Assembly: GCA_020891255.1 (NCBI GenBank)
Contig: BQFW01000004.1
Span: forward strand, 2,170,001 to 2,234,000
Source: Entomortierella parvispora E1425
Lineage: Eukaryota; Fungi; Mortierellomycota
Direction of reading: 5' to 3'
DNA: 64,000 bases
Of this stretch, positions 58,555-64,000 are shown piece by piece. The notes below the pieces were generated by a model. The model saw only the letters and a list, made by a program, of their open reading frames with translations, did no database searches and was not told where the DNA came from. Numbering within the stretch: position 1 is the first letter of the stretch; every line of letters starts with the position of its first letter. Made by a program: the position numbers and the translations under genes.

Positions 58555-59172
58555 TGTGGTTGGATACCATACATTTATTGACGCGCACGCTATCTACAGG
58601 TCTGCTCTCAGTCAGCTTGCTCCCCTCGAAGGAAAGACACGCTGTGCAGATCGCGCCAACGAGCAGGCGGCAGACCATCGCGCCCCACTGACCTTATACT
58701 CTACCTGGTCAACCCTCTAGCAGCGGTATACACCCCACAGTGCTCCAAGATTGCCGTTAGTCATAGTCCCCTCAGCCTCCCGGCTAAAGATCCGAATTTA
58801 GACATGTTCGACGAAACGAGTCGAGGGGAGTACCATAGATTGCCATGTCAAGGCGCACTGGGGAAGGGGGATAAGAGGGTGCAGTGACTGACAAGAGGGG
58901 TGCAAAAGACTTGGGCGAAGGTACAAAAAAAAACAAATAAATGAGCAAACGCGACATGCAACACGAAACAAACAATGAACAAACATGAGAACCCAAGTCT
59001 TTTTGCTTCCTTGTACGGGTTGTGAGAGAATGCAGCCAAAGGTGTCTGCGAAGAGAGTGTGGCAATCTAAGGCGAGGTAAAGGGGACAGGACGGAATGAG
59101 GGCAAAGGTGAAGAAGAAGCGAATGGAGGAGCGCGTTCGTTTTTGTCTTGCCTCCGGCACGTGATCCATGCG
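58555..59172 (-). repeat. Right arm of a ~620-bp inverted duplication
   Basis: For example GACATGTTCGACGAAACGAGTCGAGGGGAGTACCATAG (58801-58838) mirrors the corresponding stretch at about 57711-57748. The ORF track also shows near-identical peptides on opposite strands. Confidence 0.95.
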
Positions 59173-59284
59173 CTTGCTGCTTCGCCCCTTTTTCCTCTGG
59201 ATGACCTCAACAGGGAACAGCACGCGGGCTGACTGTTATACTGTACTTCGTGAAACCATTCCACGCTATCGGACGCTGGTGGTG

Positions 59285-59530
59285 TGCGACCTTCTTCCTG
59301 GCCACCTTTCCGGACCTGTCCTCGCCTTCTGCGTGAGATTGAACCAGGGTTTCTGCATGTGGATCGACTACATGTATCATGACTTGAGTCAGATCAACCG
59401 CTAGTTTGAACATCCCCATTTGACAAGGACCTTCAAGAGGCACCGTCGGCGTACACGTTCGTTTGTCAGCTGTTGCCGATGGAGAAAGGCGCGACCTTCA
59501 GAACCTCCGATTGTTCCAGCCTGATCTTTG
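59285..59530 (+). pseudogene. Disrupted paralogue of the 54919-56583 F-box gene (5' part)
   Basis: HLSGPVLAFCVRLNQGFCMWIDYMYHDL vs HLSTPDLASCVRVSHGFRNIWIHYMFRDM; TRTFKRHRRRTRSFVS vs TTTFKRHCRLTRSFVS; MEKGATFRTSDCSSL vs MEDGAILRDSGCTSL. There is a TAG at 59402-59404 and a frameshift. Confidence 0.85.
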
Positions 59531-61676
59531 ACTTCAAAGTATTAACGTTGAGTTACTTTTTTTTAGGAGCAAAGCAGAAAAACTGTAGTGCCTCCCCCAC
59601 CTTACGATATTTAATCGAGTTAAATGGAAACAGCGAATCCTCGGTTCATCGGGTGCAATCGTTGATCCACCATATATGGGAGCTTCCTGTGGTACGACCA
59701 CCAAGACAACTCAAGCCAATCTCTCCGGGGTGGTACGAAGGGAGGTTTGAAGTGAATTTGGATCAGTCCAAACTTCCATCTTTGAGCAAGTTCAGGCGAG
59801 GCCAGGTTGAGTACTCTTTGGGGGCACGAATCACCTGCAAGTGGAGCGCCGATATTGTCTATAAGTAGACCATCTGTTCCTGAGCACGACCCTTCCTCCC
59901 ATTCAAACAACAACGCTTACCATTGCCACTGTTACTGGGAATTGAAAGGACTGGTTCCATTATACCATTATCCAGCTCTCGGATGTCCTTGTTACAGACC
60001 AGAGAGTGTCCATTACATTTCGTTTTGCACACTGTGTACCACTTTTGATTGAGGCGCAGACGCCTTGACAAGACTCGGCAGCAACGGTGGCGGTGGTGGT
60101 GACACCATCCAGTTTGTGAACCCTCGACGATGACTGAAACAACACGGTGGATGTCAAGAATCACAAGCACAATGTGATTGATATAGAGTTGGCCCACTGG
60201 CCAAAGTCCAAGGTCTTGGACTGGGAGAAACAGTCCTGCTGCAATTGCCCACGATCCCAGATTTGGCTCCGACCACAGAGACAGTTGTGTATTTGGTGCG
60301 TCATTCCTTGGCGACGGGTATCGTTGATAGAAAGGATGTCTCGGGGACGACGAAGATCAAAGGTAAGATTGGGAAAGGAGTGCGTTTTTTTCTTTTCCAT
60401 GTTCAATTGGTTGAAATCAAATATTGAACAAAGCGTGCGTTGTTTGGGATATCTGCTGTGTTGATGCAATAGCCCAAGTCAAGATCACTGGTCCTCGGCC
60501 CCTCTTGACTGGAATTCAATGTTGGTCAGGGAAGGAAAGGTGGAGGAGCGTGGGATGGGAGGTGGTTGCGATGACGAGGCCAAGTAAAAGGGGACACGCC
60601 ACCAACATCTATCCGAGGGCTGTCCCTTGTGACCCCACGCGATCCAGATCATTGAGGGAAGGAGAGCAGTGAGTAGGGGAAAGGAAAGGAAAGGAAAGGG
60701 AAAAGAGATCAAGGGAATAAAAAAACAAAGAGAATTGTGTTTGTTTAAAGCGAGTGTGAGGGGATCAAGGATGAGGACAAAAAAGGACGAAAAGGAGAAG
60801 ATCGACCCGGGATCACCCACGTAGCCAAGCTACGCAGGGAGTGTGGGGGAGTGAAGGAAGGGGGACAATGTCGGAAAAAGCGAATGCCCGCGAATTGGTA
60901 CAGTGCATGATGTTAAGGTTCCAGCAGGTCAGGCACAGACAGACAGAGGACATGGCAGAAAAAGAGAAGGGAGGAAGAGAGCCAGCGGGGGAGAAAAGTG
61001 ATGACACGAAGGGTGAAGCAACCCGCGTGAGAATGTGGGGAAAAGAGGGCGAAAGCGACGAGAGAAGAGAAACGAAAAGAGAGCGCCGAGGATGGGTGAC
61101 TACATACAGTACATACAGTAAGGCGGAGGGGAATGAATGAAGGAAGGAACAAAATAAAAAAATAAAAAAAAAGAGTTGCTTGTGGAGGAGGAGATTGAAT
61201 CGAGATAACACAGTGTGTGTGTATGCGTTGCATGGGACAGTGGGAAGAAGAGAAGAAAGAGGGAGACCAAAAGAAGAAAGGTGTCAAGTGCACACCTCGA
61301 AGTGTGCACACGGAGCAAAAGTGTTCTTTTTCTTCTTTTCTCTCTTTTCTCTCTTTTCTTGACTCTTCTTCACCCTTCCCTCTTCTTCACTCTTCTTCAC
61401 TCTTCTTTCTTTCTTTCCACTCCACTCTCTTCACTCTCTCCTTTCTCTCTTCATTCATTCATTCATTCACTTGTTCATTCCTCTTCTCCTTGTCTCCTCC
61501 AACTCGGGTCCATTTCGGATTCACTCGATTTCAATTTCATTTTTTTTATCTTTCTTATCTCTCTTTCTCCCTTCCGACTTTATTCTCCACTCCTTCTCCT
61601 TCCTCTTCTCCTTCCTCTTCTCCTGCTTCTTATTCTCTCCCACAAACACAGACACACTGCCCATTTCGACAAGCTA

Positions 61677-64000
61677 ATGAGCCAGGCCAAGCATCTCCAC
61701 TCCACCATCCTCCGTGGCCGTGGTCGAGGCCAGCAGCTCTTGCAACAGCTCCACCACGCGGCCTCGTCTGCCCCTTCCTCTTCTTCTTCTTGCTCTTCGT
61801 CTTCTTCGTCACTCCACCTGTTTTCTTCGCGTCCAGTCTCCGGTGGCCCCGCCAGTCTCGATTCAAGTGCGCGCCCATGTTCGATCCACTCCCAGCCGCA
61901 TTCACAACCACCACCATTGCAGTCCGCTCAGATTCGCGCTGTCGTTGCTCAACAACACCGGCAACTCCACTCGGTCGCGCCCACGGCTGCCGTAGGGAAA
62001 CAGCAACAGCAACAGCAACAACAACACCAATACCACCACCACCCGTTGCATCCTCCTACCTCATGCCACCATACCCGCACGCGTCAACGCGATCTCTGTT
62101 CGTCTTCGTCTTCTTGTCTCTTGCATACCTCCAGTCATAACAACTCGCTCGCATCTCCTTCACCTGCAGAAGTCGCCGCAGCCACGACGGCAGCATCTTC
62201 GTCAATACCATCAGCAGCAAGTTCTTCTACTGCAGCTGCAGGAGGTGCACACGTGTATGGGGGGCAGACTTCCTCTTCTGTCCCCGCTTGGACCTCGGAG
62301 CTGCCTTGGATCGACCCTCATACCCAAGCGTCCTTTGTCGATCCAGCAGCAGCAACATCAACAGCATCCGGCCAGACGACCTCCACGACAACAGCAACGA
62401 CGACGGCGTCCTTTTTTGACCAACCCTTTCAAAATACTCGACACAACTTTGTCTTTGCCCATGGAGCGTCTGGATTCGCAAAACACCCGGCCAAGGCACC
62501 GACGTTGACTCCAGAAGAAGATCGAGCCTACTTGAGCGTTCAGGTCGGAGAGGATTCGTATTTCCGGAGGCATGATGCTCTAGGCGTAGCAGATGGAGTT
62601 GGCGGATGGAGCGGTACCACAGGCAAGTCATCTTTTTCGGCCTTTCTTTCGGCCTTTTTTTTTTTTTTTTTTTTTTGCTCCAAAAAAAAAAAAGACCTTT
62701 ATACATTGGACAAAGATCTTATCTATTCAGGACAAGACGGGACAGAACACAGATGAGATGGGCGAACCAGTTCTTTCGCTGCTGCAAGAACAGGGAAAAG
62801 AAGGGAGATAGAAAATGACAAAGAGATGGGGGGACGGGGGGAAGTCGTTGGATTGTTTGGCTTTTTGTCTGCCCGCGTGTGTGTGCACGGAACAGGACAG
62901 GGACAGGGGCAGGAGCAGGACAGGCCAAAAGGCAGGAAGCACGGGAGAGGAGAATGGACCCTTTTTTGCATTGTGAGGAGGACCTGCGCCCACTCTTGCT
63001 TCTGCTCCTCCACACGGACTTCTCAATTTGCAGGAAAAATCACCCGCACATCCAAAAGAAAAAAAAAGAAAAAAACTCCTTTCATCAACCGAGCGATAAG
63101 GAATCAAAAGAGAGAGAACGGGGCAAACGACAACAAAACGACGTCAACACGAGAGCGGCAGCGATAAGTGAGAAAGAGTAACACGCTATGTTTACGTTTG
63201 TGCGCGTCCTGCATGTTGTTCGTGGATGAGTGGGACACAACATCCATGGAAAAAAAGATGATGTGAAAAGGGGTGGAACGTCAGTAATCACTTCATTATT
63301 TTTTATTTTGTCTCTTTACTCTTTAATTTTACACTTGCACCAGAGGACCCAGGATGCAGGGCAGGGCAAGGAATGAAATGGCAATGGAGTGGGGAGAGAG
63401 ACAAGTCGGTGGTGGGTTGCAGCTGGTGTCAGATGGTACTACAAACAAGAAGGAAAACAATAATGCAAAGGCGCAGTATCGAGACAAGCTTGCACCACCT
63501 CAACGGACATTAGACTGGAACAAAGGGAACAATGGGAACAAACAACAAAAAAATACGCCCAAAGCCCCACTTGCTTACCTCCCTTTTCCCTTCCACGGGG
63601 AACGCGTGCAGCTGACAAAGGGTCTAACCAAAACTTTTCATCTTTTTTTTGTATTCCTCTAGGTGCCAACCCTGCGCTGTACTCGCGCAAGCTGATGCAC
63701 TATGCCTTTTTGGAACTGGAAAAGTACGACAACATTGAGGAGGACGCGTTTTACGATTACTTTAATGTCAACCCCGTCCACATTTTGCAAAAAAGTTATG
63801 AGCAGAGTGCTCGGGATGCCAAGAAGGAGGTATGTTTTTTTTTTTGACGCCATATGATACCATAGTGAAAGAGGACCCTGAAAACAGAAAAAAAAACTAA
63901 TGGCTCTCTTTTTTTTTTCTCCAGGGCCTAATTGGATCTTCAACAGCATGTCTGGCCATCCTTCGGGATGACGAACTTCGGATTGCCAACCTGGGCGACT
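61677..64000 (+). CDS. PTC7: PP2C-family phosphatase PTC7/AZR1 homologue, 3' end outside the window
   Basis: VQVGEDSYF..HDALGVADGVGGWSGTT|GANPALYSRKLMHY...LQKSYE..|GLIGSSTACLAILRDDELRIANLGD. Introns are at 62623-63662 (GC-AG) and about 63830-63924. Confidence 0.93.

Noticed and set aside
57378-59172. Inverted repeat as a DNA transposon with TIRs
   Set aside because: There is no target-site duplication, the termini are ragged and there is no transposase. It is kept as an inverted duplication instead.
59600-60420. C2-like WNQSFQFP (minus strand) and histidine-phosphatase-like YLVRHS (plus strand) fragments
   Set aside because: These are isolated short motifs on opposite strands with stops. 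They are probably relic DNA but cannot be assigned.
61215-61676. Upstream extension of the PTC7 ORF
   Set aside because: It is a CT-rich leader translated by chance from a non-ATG start. The first ATG in good context is at 61677.

Overview
Intron-rich fungal genomic DNA, most likely Mortierellaceae (inferred from the F-box/RNI-like family with W-x-C-x-x-L motifs). Conserved genes from left to right: a Ser/Thr kinase (partial), mitochondrial AspRS (MSD1), sulfite reductase flavoprotein (MET10), AIM24, tRNA-Gln(CTG), an uncharacterised secreted protein, a FAR-17a/AIG1 hydrolase, dynamitin, RIB7, a signal-peptide-peptidase-like protease, PIL1/LSP1, a small membrane protein, TUL1 RING E3, a GT71-family protein, a 4-TM protein and PTC7 (partial). 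The accessory part is a ubiquitin-related block at 30-46 kb. It holds four tandem F-box/LRR paralogues, a duplicated C-terminal relic, an apparently intronised N-terminus and an internal duplication. An F-box-less Cdc4-type WD40 protein that keeps its phosphodegron arginines follows, and then TUL1. A relic-rich zone at 55-60 kb holds a fifth F-box/LRR gene, a pseudogene copy of it and a ~620-bp inverted duplication. Other oddities are a GT71 protein lacking DXD, two probable GC-AG introns and decayed genes beside the tRNA. All calls were made by eye without database searches, and multi-exon genes are given as spans.
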